A stretch of DNA of 63,252 bases, counting the filler, from Licmophora abbreviata (lineage: Eukaryota): assembly GCA_900291995.1 (NCBI GenBank). It is 18 parts of 18 records of this genome, joined end to end, with 100 filler letters (N's around TTAATTAATTAA, not from the genome) between each part and the next. Parts side by side here need not be neighbours in the genome. Positions count along the whole stretch, not along the records: positions 40,479 to 45,534 come from OLMU01001845.1; positions 45,635 to 49,358 come from OLMU01001846.1; positions 49,459 to 51,579 come from OLMU01001847.1; positions 51,680 to 53,476 come from OLMU01001848.1; 14 more parts are not named here. One strand, written 5' to 3'. Made by a program: the position numbers and the translations under genes. Below, piece by piece: positions 43,571-53,251 of the stretch. The notes under the pieces were generated by a model. The model ran no database searches and was not told the DNA's origin. It saw only the letters and a program-made list of their open reading frames with translations. Each line of letters begins with the position of its first letter. Position 1 is the first letter of the stretch.

Positions 43571-44847
43571 CGATCCATCAGAAAGTCGCGTCACCGGGAT
43601 GCGGCTGCGACGGTCAGGACATGCTGAAACCCCTGATCAGTATCGATGCTGGGCTTGCCCGTATCTCGGACCGTGTCGCCCCGGTGGGCAGAACCGAGGC
43701 TGTGTCGCTTTCCGGTGCTCTTGGTCGCGTTCTCGCCCATCCGGTGCGGTCCCGGTCAATGGCGCCCGCTTTCGACAACGCGGCGATGGATGGCTATGCC
43801 GTCGCCACCTCGGCCTTGACCGGAGCCGGACCATGGACCTTGACTGTGGGTGCACGGGTGCCGGCGGGGCGGCAAGCAACCGAACCCCTTGGTCATGCCG
43901 CAGCTGCCCGCATTTTTACCGGTGCACCGATCCCCGAGGGCGCGGATGCCGTAGTTATGCAGGAAGAGGTCACGCGTATCGGTGGCGTCATTCATCTGCG
44001 CGGCAGGCCTGTTTCGGGTTTGAACATCCGGCGGGCCGGCAGTGACATGGCGCAGGGCGAGACCATTCTGGACAGGGGCCGCAGGCTCGGCCCGCGGGAT
44101 ATCGCCGCCTGTGCAGCAGCCGGTGCCGGAGTCGTCCGCGTGCGTCCGCGTCTGCGTGTGGCCTTGCTTGTGACGGGCGACGAGGTGCGCAAGGCCGGTG
44201 CAGTACGACATGCCGCGCAGATCTGGGACGTGAACACGCCCATGCTGATGGCAGCTCTTGGGGGCTTTGGGGTCGAGATCGTCGCAACAGCCCACGGTGC
44301 CGACACTCCCGCAGGCCTTGCTCGACAATTGAACGCCATGGCCGCGCAGGCCGATCTGGTGATCACCACCGGCGGTATTTCGGTTGGCGAAGAGGATCAC
44401 GTGAAACCGGCCTTTGCTGAATTGGGAGGGGAAATCCTGTTCAGCGGTGTTGCGATCAAGCCGGGCAAGCCGGTATCCGTTGGACGCCTTGAGAGCACAG
44501 TCTGGCTGGGCCTGCCCGGCAATCCGCTCTCGGCCTTTGTCACATGGCAGGTTTTTGGCGTCGCGCTGGTGCGGGGGCTGCTTGGGGAAACGGCGCCCGC
44601 CCATGTCCGGCGCCACGTGGTCACCGCCGACCCGATCCACCGCAAACCGGGGCGCTGCGAGCTCAGGCCAGCTGCGCTTGCCGGGTTCGATGCCCACGGC
44701 CGCGAGGTCGTCCGCTTCGAGCAGGCCATCCATTCAGGCCGGGTAGGGAGCCTGCCGCAGATGGACGGCCTGATCTTTCTACCCGCCGATGCCGAGAGCC
44801 TGCCATCCGGCGCGCTTGTTGAATTCCAACCATTCTACCAACCCTGA
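43567..44847 (+). CDS. moeA: Molybdopterin molybdotransferase MoeA
   Basis: FDNAAMDGYA, IFTGAPIPEGADAVVMQE, TGDE, GGISVGEEDH, KPGKP, GLPGNP; ATGA overlap with can. Confidence 0.95.
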   Translation: MTIHQKVASPGCGCDGQDMLKPLISIDAGLARISDRVAPVGRTEAVSLSGALGRVLAHPVRSRSMAPAFDNAAMDGYAVATSALTGAGPWTLTVGARVPAGRQATEPLGHAAAARIFTGAPIPEGADAVVMQEEVTRIGGVIHLRGRPVSGLNIRRAGSDMAQGETILDRGRRLGPRDIAACAAAGAGVVRVRPRLRVALLVTGDEVRKAGAVRHAAQIWDVNTPMLMAALGGFGVEIVATAHGADTPAGLARQLNAMAAQADLVITTGGISVGEEDHVKPAFAELGGEILFSGVAIKPGKPVSVGRLESTVWLGLPGNPLSAFVTWQVFGVALVRGLLGETAPAHVRRHVVTADPIHRKPGRCELRPAALAGFDAHGREVVRFEQAIHSGRVGSLPQMDGLIFLPADAESLPSGALVEFQPFYQP

Positions 44848-44858
44848 GGAGCAGACAT

Positions 44859-45380
44859 ATGACCCTTGCATACACCATGGCGCCTGGGCGCGGTGATACG
44901 GATATGATCCTTGCATCGCTTGCAGCCAACCTCGCGACTCGTGGCATCAGATGCTGTGGCACCGTCCAGATCAACAGTGAACGCTGTGACGCAGGCCCCT
45001 GCGACATGGATGTGCGCGTGCTTCCGGATGGTCCAGTTCTGCGCATCAGTCAGGATCTGGGGCCATCGGCGCGTGGCTGCCGCCTCGATCCGGACGCGTT
45101 GGAGACGGCTGTGGGTCTGGTTGCAGACAGGCTGTCCTCGGGTGCGGATCTGCTGATTGTCAACAAATTTGGCAAGCACGAGTCCGATGGGCGCGGGTTT
45201 CGTGAAGTGATCGCCGAGGCTATGGCGATGAACCTGCCTGTGCTCGTTGGCCTCAATGCGCTCAACCGCGACGCTTTCGAAAGTTTTGCGGAAGGTTTGG
45301 CCGTCCAGTTGCCGCCCGAACCCGCTGCACTTATGGCCTGGGTGGGTGAGGCAACGGCGCCGGCCAAGGAAGCCGTATGA
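44859..45380 (+). CDS. DUF2478-like protein
   Basis: ISQDLG...GCRLD, LLIVNKFGK.E..GRG. Confidence 0.8.
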   Translation: MTLAYTMAPGRGDTDMILASLAANLATRGIRCCGTVQINSERCDAGPCDMDVRVLPDGPVLRISQDLGPSARGCRLDPDALETAVGLVADRLSSGADLLIVNKFGKHESDGRGFREVIAEAMAMNLPVLVGLNALNRDAFESFAEGLAVQLPPEPAALMAWVGEATAPAKEAV

Positions 45381-45636
45381 CCCAAAGGGTATCCATGCGT
45401 TCGACCGTCCTTGCACCGCGCATTCGCTTCGTTCTGCAAACGCAGAATGGCCGTGTTTTTCTGGTATGGCCGTTCATCGGGGTGCTGGACTTGATTGATC
45501 TGATCCACGGATTTGGGATCGTTTGACGCTGGAGNNNNNNNNNNNNNNNNNNNNNNNNNNNNNNNNNNNNNNNNNNNNTTAATTAATTAANNNNNNNNNN
45601 NNNNNNNNNNNNNNNNNNNNNNNNNNNNNNNNNNCA

Positions 45637-45909
45637 AAGCAGTTCTTTACATGGTCCGAGGTCGCCGCGCGGGTGTCGCGGACCCTGCGCAAGGATCGGC
45701 CAGACCTTGGCGAGGCGGACATCAGCGCCTCGCTTACCCAGTTCGATGAATTGTGGAACGCGCTGATCCCGGCCGAACAGGCACGCGTGGTCCGGCTTCT
45801 GGTGGCGCGGGTCACCGCCAGCGAGGCCGGGTTGGCGGTCGACTTACGCCATGAGGGCTTGGGTGCGATTGCTGCGCTGATGGCCCCGTCCAAGTCGGTG
45901 GTGGCGTGA
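45637..45909 (+). pseudogene. C-terminal fragment of a large serine recombinase; rest in gap or deleted
   Basis: FDELWNALIPAEQARVVRLLVARV...LRHEGL resembles C-termini of alphaproteobacterial island recombinases. Confidence 0.65.
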
Positions 45910-46292
45910 TGACAGAGCCTGAAACTCTCCGCGTCCACATCCCGCTGGCCCTGCGCAATCGCGGCGGCCGCCCGCGCATCCTCCCGCCCAAGGAAATCGA
46001 GGTTGCCATGGACCGTGGGCAGGACGCCCGCCTGCTGCGCGCTATCGGCCGCGCATGGGACTGGCGGTACAGGCTGGAGCAAGGTGATGTGAACACCATC
46101 GCCGATCTTGCCAGAGAGGAAGGTATCTCCGACCGCTATGTCAGCCGGGTGATCCGACTAGCATGGCTCTCGCCAACGGTGCTGGAAAGGCTCGTCTCGC
46201 GGCGCGAACCCACGGTGCTGTCGATCTTCGACCTCTGCGGTGTGGCGGAACTGCCGTGGGAAGAACAATGTGATGAGGCGTTCGATTCGTAA
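45906..46292 (+). CDS. Recombinase-associated HTH protein
   Basis: VHIPL..RGGRP, LLRAIGRA, TIADLAREEGISDRYVSRVIRLAWLSP, LPWEEQ; GTGA overlap with the recombinase fragment. Confidence 0.75.
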   Translation: MMTEPETLRVHIPLALRNRGGRPRILPPKEIEVAMDRGQDARLLRAIGRAWDWRYRLEQGDVNTIADLAREEGISDRYVSRVIRLAWLSPTVLERLVSRREPTVLSIFDLCGVAELPWEEQCDEAFDS

Positions 46293-46412
46293 CAACTCTC
46301 GCTACGAAGCCATAGCTTCCGATGCCAGCTGTGCAAGAGTTCTTGAGTAGCCCTCTATATATCTCACAACACCCAAAAATCGGTATGCAAGCTCACAGGC
46401 TGCACCCACTAA

Positions 46413-46613
46413 CTACGCTGCCGTCTCGGCTTTTTGCTTGCTAAAGAACAAGTTACGTCGATCAGGCACCAACACTCTTGTGCGGTCAGTGACCTCACCG
46501 TTCTCTGATCGGGTCACGTAATAGGTTGAGCCACCCTGACCTTCCTTGCGAATGCTGTAAGACGCCGACCTGCGCGACGCGTCCTTATCGGAAGTTGTTG
46601 TTTTTTCAGTCAT
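46413..46613 (-). CDS. 66-aa hypothetical protein overlapping the upstream gene end
   Basis: ATG overlaps last codons of 46606-47580; MTEKTTTSDKDASRRSASYSIRKEG...; no recognised motif. Confidence 0.5.
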   Translation of the reverse strand: MTEKTTTSDKDASRRSASYSIRKEGQGGSTYYVTRSENGEVTDRTRVLVPDRRNLFFSKQKAETAA

Positions 46614-47580
46614 CTGCCCTGCCTTTGCTGCCCACTTCATCTAGTCTAACCAACATATAGTACAATGAATCCGCGATGCTCGCTCCCAAGTGCGTGTCGA
46701 ATTTGATATCAAACACTCCTCGGTGACGCGAGTCGATAGTTAGAAAGCCCACGAACCTGAACTCAGAGCCAAGGTCTGCTTTGATCGGCTTCTGCCGTAT
46801 CGGCCAGACAATGTTTGAGCGATACGGTAGGTTCCAATCGACCGGTCGCCAAAAGTTCATCAAGCCTCTCCACCCAGACAGGTTCCGCTTGGACAAGCTG
46901 GGATCTCTTGAGTTTAAGTAATTCGATTGTGCGGTGAGATCATTGCAAAAAAACCAACGTTCGCCAGAATCACCAAATACAAAGGAAAAATCCGTATTGT
47001 CTTCAAGTAGGTCCGAGCCCGCATTGCGTCGCGCCGTATCGTCCGAGCCGTAGAAGCGCTCTGAGTCCACATCTCTCACATAGGTGTAAACAACTGGTTT
47101 ATCGGGCGATGCACCAGGTTCGATCATCTTGATTGTTGCTCTGCACTTCGTGCCGGTTAACAACGTGAATATTGACGCAAATCTATTCAGGCACTCTTGC
47201 ACGTTTTCTCGAACAACATGGGCATGAAAGCGAAGATCCTCCGCTGAGGCTGAATCCATGAGACTGAGTATCGTATATTGATCTCTTATGATGTGTTGGA
47301 TCCCGTGGAGATCCTCTTGAACGTTGGCATACTTCTCTTTGCGAATACGGGACATTTCGCGCCAGATCAGCCCGAAGAGCAGAACAAAAAAACCGAGAGA
47401 AATGACGGCACGATCAACCCATTGCGACCACGACTCGGATGCACCCAAAAACCGGAAACCGTACCCCAGAAGAAGGCCCGCGATCAGCAGAAAACCAATC
47501 TTCTGCCAGTGGGGAGAGCGATCCTTGACGGTATCCTCAATTCCCTTCACTTGGCCTGACGGGTAGTTGTTTTCGGTCAT
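46606..47580 (-). CDS. Hypothetical membrane protein: 2 N-terminal TM helices + probable GAF-like domain
   Basis: 324-aa ORF in AT-richer DNA; two hydrophobic segments; FFCNDL, YRSNIVWPIR, VGFLTIDS...F GAF-like strand pattern. Confidence 0.75.
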   Translation of the reverse strand: MTENNYPSGQVKGIEDTVKDRSPHWQKIGFLLIAGLLLGYGFRFLGASESWSQWVDRAVISLGFFVLLFGLIWREMSRIRKEKYANVQEDLHGIQHIIRDQYTILSLMDSASAEDLRFHAHVVRENVQECLNRFASIFTLLTGTKCRATIKMIEPGASPDKPVVYTYVRDVDSERFYGSDDTARRNAGSDLLEDNTDFSFVFGDSGERWFFCNDLTAQSNYLNSRDPSLSKRNLSGWRGLMNFWRPVDWNLPYRSNIVWPIRQKPIKADLGSEFRFVGFLTIDSRHRGVFDIKFDTHLGASIADSLYYMLVRLDEVGSKGRADD

Positions 47581-48169
47581 ACCAATAACACACCTATGAG
47601 GGTGCCCAGCACACTTCGATCTTTAACGCAGTCGCACCACATCATGGTCCGCACCTAATCCTGTCCACATGTTCATGCGTAGACATCCATATCTGGTATT
47701 ACTCTAGTCGTCGCAAGGCTCATCGTAAACCCGCTTACTTTCCTGATGCATAGATCGTTGTCGTAAGCAACACGGAGCGCCTTACAGACCTGACAGTGCC
47801 AAATGGTTTGTCATCAGGGGTTTCGGTTTGGGGATTGGGATGCGAACCCACCCAAGAAATCCGCCGGTTTACGCTGGCATCCCGAGCAACGCGCCTACCG
47901 CGTGTTCCGTCTACGTTGCCATTGTTATCTTTCGGATCGCCGATTTGGGTTTTGGCGGGGTTTGGAAGCAGGTCATTGAAAGGTAATGAGAAAACGGGAC
48001 CGAACCGGAACGGGCGAGGTTCGCCCAAACTGAGACTGAGGGCCATTCTGAGCCCAATCTCGGCCTGGCGTCGCGTCTATGAGGTTCGGTGGGTTCCCGC
48101 AAACCCATTTGATAACGCGGAAAAATCCGTGCCCGGCAGGGCGGTGTCGCTGGTTCGCGCTGGGGATAA

Positions 48170-48259
48170 TGGCGGAGGAGGTGGGATTCGAACCCACGGT
48201 ACGCTTTCACGCACGCCGGTTTTCAAGACCGGTGCAATCGACCACTCTGCCACTCCTCC
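48170..48259 (-). tRNA. tRNA-Ser(TGA)
   Basis: GGAGGAGTGGCAGAGTGG...CCGGTCT-TGA-AAACCGG, long variable arm, GGTTCGAATCC, encoded CCA; 90 nt. Confidence 0.97.
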
Positions 48260-48477
48260 AGCCCGATCTCCCTAAAGACTGTTTTCCGATTCTGGAAGAC
48301 GCTGATCTCAGGGGATTTCCGCCGAATGGCACCTGTGCGCTTTTCTTGACGCAAGCAAGGCGCTAGACTGTTCGCGCGTCGGGCGGTCCGAGTTTTGGCG
48401 CATCCATGATAACGCCGGGCAAACCGGTCACGATCAGGCGGCGCGGCAAGACGCGTGACACAGGCAAGGGGCAGGGA

Positions 48478-49482
48478 ATGACGCAGTTCATCAAAAGTGG
48501 CGGACGGGGCTGGAAAGGCATGCTCGTGGCAAGCGGGGTGACGCTTGTCCTGACAGGCTGTCAGACCGCAGGTGAGTTCAACCCGTTCAGAGCCAATCAG
48601 ACGGCCTCCGGCACCGCAACCAGCGCCGATGCAACCTCGGTCCGGCTGGTCGAGCGTGATGTCGAAGCGCCCGATGTGTTCCAGAAAACCGACATGGGGC
48701 TCTGGGATGGACGACCGTCGCTTGGCGGGGTCTGGGTCGCGCATCCCGACGTCCGGGAACCGGAACGCGTCATCATCCGGAATATGTCGAATTCGAATTT
48801 CGTCATCGGTGCCCTGTTCCGGCGCGAACGCGACAATCCCGGCCCCGTGTTTCAGGTCTCCTCGGATGCGGCCGCCGCCCTTGGCATGTTGGCCGGTGCG
48901 CCGGTTCAGCTGAATGTCACGGCCCTGCGCCGCGAAGAGGCGCCCGAACCCGATGCCCCGGCAGAGGACGCCGCAGGCACGGTTGCAGCCCCCGAGGCCG
49001 TGCAGACAAGCGCGCTGGATCCCGTCGCTGGGGCCGCCGCCGCCATCGAGGCTGCGGATGACACCGCCACCACACCCGCAGTCGCCCCGGCTCCCACGCC
49101 GCAACCCGCAGCACCGCCGCGCGCCGCGGCCTCGCGCCTCGAAAAGCCCTTCATCCAGATCGGCATATTCAGCATCGAGGAAAACGCCGAGAACACCGCC
49201 ACCGCCATGCGCCAGAACGGCATGGTGCCGACCGTCATGAAGCAAAGCAGCCAGGGCAAGACCTTCTGGCGGGTGATCGTGGGTCCGGCAACCAGCGCCT
49301 CGGAACGGTCGGTCCTGCTCGAGAAGATCAAGGGCGTCGGCTTTGAAGACGCCTATCCNNNNNNNNNNNNNNNNNNNNNNNNNNNNNNNNNNNNNNNNNN
49401 NNTTAATTAATTAANNNNNNNNNNNNNNNNNNNNNNNNNNNNNNNNNNNNNNNNNNNNGACGCCTATCCGGTAACCAACTAG
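48478..49482 (+). CDS. SPOR-domain lipoprotein; last codons after gap (overlapping flanks)
   Basis: Lipobox LTGC; WDGRPSLGGVW; C-terminal IQIGIFS..ENA...WRVIVGP...GFEDAY. Confidence 0.88.
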
Positions 49483-49495
49483 ACAACGAGAGATC

Positions 49496-50662
49496 ATGCC
49501 CCGACTGTCCCGACTTCTGACGCCGCTTCTTCTGGTGATCGCGCTGGTTTCGCCGGCGGCAGCTTTCGACACGCGCGCCACCTCCGCCTTCGTGTTCGAC
49601 ATGAAGACAGGCACTGTCCTTCTGTCCAAGAACGCCGACGCGCCGCTGCCCCCGGCCTCGATGTCGAAATTGATGACGCTCTATGTCACCTTCGAGGCGA
49701 TCCGCGATGGCCGCCTGTCGCTCGATGACCGCCTGCCGGTGTCGAGCCACGCCATGAGCTTTGGCGGATCGACCATGTTCCTCGATACCACGGATCGTGT
49801 GCGGGTCGAGGATCTCTTGCGCGGCATCATCGTGCTCTCGGGCAATGATGCCTGTGTCGTTCTGGCCGAGGCGCTCAGCCCCGATGGCACGGAGCAGGGC
49901 TTCGCCCGCTACATGACGCAGCGCGCCCAGCAAATGGGCATGACCAATTCAACTTTCATGAATTCCAGCGGATGGCCCGCGGCGGGTCATCGCATGAGCA
50001 TGCGGGACCTCGCGTTGCTCTCGCGTCACATCATCGAGGATTTTCCGGAATTCTACCCGATGTTCGCGGAAACCAAATTCGAGTTTGACGGCCGCGCCCC
50101 TCAGAACACGCGAAACCGCAACCCGATCCTCGGGCTCGGTATCGGCGCAGACGGGCTTAAGACCGGCCACACCCAAGAAGCGGGCTATGGTCTGGTCGGT
50201 TCGGCCAAACAAGGCGACCGCCGCGTGATCTTCGTCATATCGGGCCTTGAGACACGGCAGGCCCGGGCCGAAGAATCCGAGGCGATCGTCAACTGGTCCT
50301 TTCGCCAGTTCGTCGAGAAATCCGTTGTGAAAGCCGGCATCGAAGTGGCCCGCGCCGATGTCTGGATGGGCGATGCGACCAGCGTCGGCCTGACCCCGGC
50401 CTCTGATATCTCGACATTGATGCCGGTGCTGGCAGAGGATCGGGTGGAGGGAGAGGTGGTCTATCAGGGTCCGGTGCACGCCCCGATCAAGGCCGGCGAT
50501 CAATTGGCCGAACTGGTGTTCGCCCCCGAAGGCCTGCCCGAAACCCGCGTGCCGCTTGTGGCCGCCCAGGATGTGCCGCGCGGCGGGTTCATGGCCCGGA
50601 TGCGCACCGTGTCGGGGCTGCTGATCACGCGGTTGCGGCAAGGCCCCGAGGGTACGCTTTGA
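49496..50662 (+). CDS. dacA: D-alanyl-D-alanine carboxypeptidase (PBP5/6)
   Basis: PASMSK (SxxK), SGN, KTG. Confidence 0.9.
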   Translation: MPRLSRLLTPLLLVIALVSPAAAFDTRATSAFVFDMKTGTVLLSKNADAPLPPASMSKLMTLYVTFEAIRDGRLSLDDRLPVSSHAMSFGGSTMFLDTTDRVRVEDLLRGIIVLSGNDACVVLAEALSPDGTEQGFARYMTQRAQQMGMTNSTFMNSSGWPAAGHRMSMRDLALLSRHIIEDFPEFYPMFAETKFEFDGRAPQNTRNRNPILGLGIGADGLKTGHTQEAGYGLVGSAKQGDRRVIFVISGLETRQARAEESEAIVNWSFRQFVEKSVVKAGIEVARADVWMGDATSVGLTPASDISTLMPVLAEDRVEGEVVYQGPVHAPIKAGDQLAELVFAPEGLPETRVPLVAAQDVPRGGFMARMRTVSGLLITRLRQGPEGTL

Positions 50663-51285
50663 CGGCTGGTGGCTATTTCATCAGTTTCGAAGGAATAGAC
50701 GGCTCGGGCAAATCCACCCAGGCCCGGCTTCTGGCCGATCATCTGCGCGGCACGGGCCGTGACGTGGTGCTGACCCGTGAACCCGGCGGCAGCCCCGGCG
50801 CCGAGGAAATCCGCGCGCTGGTGCTTGAAGGCGACGGGGACCGCTGGTCGCCGGAAACCGAACTGCTGCTGTTCACCGCCGCGCGCCGCGACCATCTGGA
50901 ACGCACGATTGCCCCGGCGCTCGAGGCCGGGCAGATCGTCATCTGCGACCGTTTCGCCGACAGCACCCGGCTCTATCAGGGGCTGGCCCGCGCCGATCTG
51001 CGCGGTCTGGTGGACCAGCTGCACACCCTGATGATCGGGCGCGAGCCTGACCTGACCATCCTGATCGACATGGACCCCGCCACCGGCTTGGGCCGCGCTC
51101 TTGCCCGGGGCTCCGGCGAGGAACGCTTCGAATCCTTCGGCGACAGCATGCAGCAGAAGATCCGCCAGGGGTTTCTCGATCTGGCGCAGGAATTCAGCGC
51201 GCGTTTCGTCACCGTCGATGGCAACCGCCAGCTTGATGCCGTCGCCGCCGATATCCGTCAGATCGCCGAAAGCTGGCTGCCATGA
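50659..51285 (+). CDS. tmk: Thymidylate kinase
   Basis: FEGIDGSGKST, TREPGG, CDRF. Confidence 0.96.
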   Translation: MTAGGYFISFEGIDGSGKSTQARLLADHLRGTGRDVVLTREPGGSPGAEEIRALVLEGDGDRWSPETELLLFTAARRDHLERTIAPALEAGQIVICDRFADSTRLYQGLARADLRGLVDQLHTLMIGREPDLTILIDMDPATGLGRALARGSGEERFESFGDSMQQKIRQGFLDLAQEFSARFVTVDGNRQLDAVAADIRQIAESWLP

Positions 51286-52423
51286 GCGACGCCGCCACCG
51301 CCCCCGAGCCGGACCGCGTGGAGGGCGCGCCACATCCGCGTGAAACGCCCCGGCTGATCGGGCAGCGGGCGGCCGAGGGAGCGTTTCTGGATGTGTTCAA
51401 CTCGGGCCGGCTGCATCACGGTTGGCTCATCACCGGGCCGCGCGGCGTGGGCAAGGCGACGCTGGCCTGGGCCATCGCGCGGTTTTTGCTGGCCATCCCC
51501 GATCCCGGCTCGGATGACGGGGGCCTTTTCGGGGATGCAGCACCCCAGCCCGACAGTCTGGCCATTCCCGCGGATCATCNNNNNNNNNNNNNNNNNNNNN
51601 NNNNNNNNNNNNNNNNNNNNNNNTTAATTAATTAANNNNNNNNNNNNNNNNNNNNNNNNNNNNNNNNNNNNNNNNNNNNGACCGCATTGTCGCTGACGAT
51701 GTGCGCAGCCTCAATCACTTCCTTCATCTGTCGTCCACCGATGGGGGGCGTCGCGTGGTGTTGATCGACAGCGCGGACGAGATGAACACCCAAGCCGCCA
51801 ACGCCCTTTTGAAGATGCTCGAAGAGCCGCCCGCCCGCACCGTTCTTCTTTTGGTCAGTCACCAGCCCTCGCGCCTTTTGCCGACGATCCGCTCGCGCTG
51901 TCGCGAATTGCGCCTTGCCCCGCTTGGCGCGCAGGACATGGCCGCCGCACTCGAACAGGCCGGGATCGCCTCCGATGCCGACGCCTCGGCGCTGGCCGAG
52001 CTTTCCGCCGGATCGGTGGGCGAGGCGGTGCGCCTCATCAATCTTGGCGGCGTGGCCATGTATCGCGAAATCGTCGAGATTGCGGCGACGATGCCCCGGC
52101 TTGACCGCGCCCGTGCCCTTGGGCTGGCCGAGGCCGCCGCCACCCGTGGCGCCGAGGAGAAGCTCGATCTTCTGCTCGGGCTGACCGATCTTTTTCTAGC
52201 ACGGCTGGCGCGCGGCGGTGCACTTGGCCCCCCGCCCGAGGCGGTGCCCGGCGAAAGCGCCTTGATCGCGCGCCTCTCGCCATCGCCGCATGCAGGCCGG
52301 GCCTGGGCCGAATGCGCGCAAGCGATCGGTGCGCGCGCGCGCCATGGCCGAGCGGTCAACCTTGACCCTGCCGCGCTGGTCCTAGATACCGTGTTCAAGA
52401 TTCAGCAGACCGCAGCGGGCTGA
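51282..52423 (+). CDS. holB: DNA polymerase III delta' subunit; spans gap
   Basis: HHGWLITGPRGVGKAT, ANALLKMLEEP, TIRSRC. Confidence 0.94.
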
Positions 52424-52444
52424 CCGGCCCGCATCAGGGGCGAC

Positions 52445-53251
52445 ATGACCGAGACGATCCAGATCACCGACAGCCATTGCCACCTTGATTTCGACGTCTT
52501 CGACGCCGACCGCGATCAGGTGGTTCAGCGGGCCGTCGATGCGGGCGTTGCGCGCATGGTCACGATCTGCACCAAACTCCGGCTCGAGCCGCAGGTGCGC
52601 GCCATCGCCGAGGCCCATGCACCGGTTTTCTATGCCGCGGGCACCCACCCGATGAGCGCCGCTGACGAACCGATGGCCAGTGTGGATGAACTGGTGACAC
52701 TGTCCCGGCATCCCAAATTCGTGGGCATCGGGGAAACTGGGCTTGATTATCATTACACAGCCGACAGTAAGGCCGTGCAACAGCAAAGCCTGCGCATCCA
52801 TATCGCCGCGGCCCGCGAAACCGGCCTGCCGCTCATCATCCATGCGCGCGACGCGGATGAGGACATGGCCCGCATCCTCTCGGAAGAACATGCCAAGGGC
52901 GCGTTTTCCTGTGTGATGCATTGTTTTTCCTCCAGCGCCGCGCTGGCGCGCGCGGCCCTTGATCTGGGCTTTTACCTTTCCATGTCGGGGATTGCGGCCT
53001 TCCCCCGCTCGTCGGATCTGCGCGAGATTTTCGCCGCCGCCCCGGTGGACCGGATCCTCGTGGAAACCGACGCGCCGTACCTTGCGCCACCGCCCCATCG
53101 TGGCCGCACCAACGAGCCCGCCTATACCGTCCACACCGCCAAGGTCGGCGCCGAGCTGTTCGGCATGGACTGGCCCGATTTCGCGGCGCAGACCGAGGCC
53201 AATTTCAACCGCCTCTTCACCAAGGCCGCGAATTACAAGGCGGCGGCCTGA
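52445..53251 (+). CDS. tatD: TatD-family hydrolase
   Basis: DSHCH, IGETGLDY, IIHAR, MHCF, ETDAPYL. Confidence 0.94.
   Translation: MTETIQITDSHCHLDFDVFDADRDQVVQRAVDAGVARMVTICTKLRLEPQVRAIAEAHAPVFYAAGTHPMSAADEPMASVDELVTLSRHPKFVGIGETGLDYHYTADSKAVQQQSLRIHIAAARETGLPLIIHARDADEDMARILSEEHAKGAFSCVMHCFSSSAALARAALDLGFYLSMSGIAAFPRSSDLREIFAAAPVDRILVETDAPYLAPPPHRGRTNEPAYTVHTAKVGAELFGMDWPDFAAQTEANFNRLFTKAANYKAAA

Noticed and set aside
45377..45534. Short ORF or possible IS end after DUF2478
   Set aside because: No recognisable protein or terminal repeat; too little sequence before the gap.
47735..48169. ORFs between the 2TM-GAF gene and tRNA-Ser
   Set aside because: No RBS or motif support; more likely non-coding island-end sequence.
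7847..49469. Short direct repeats flanking gaps (uehB, IclR, narJ, SPOR) as target-site duplications or split genes
   Set aside because: They are contig overlaps; merging them restores continuous reading frames.
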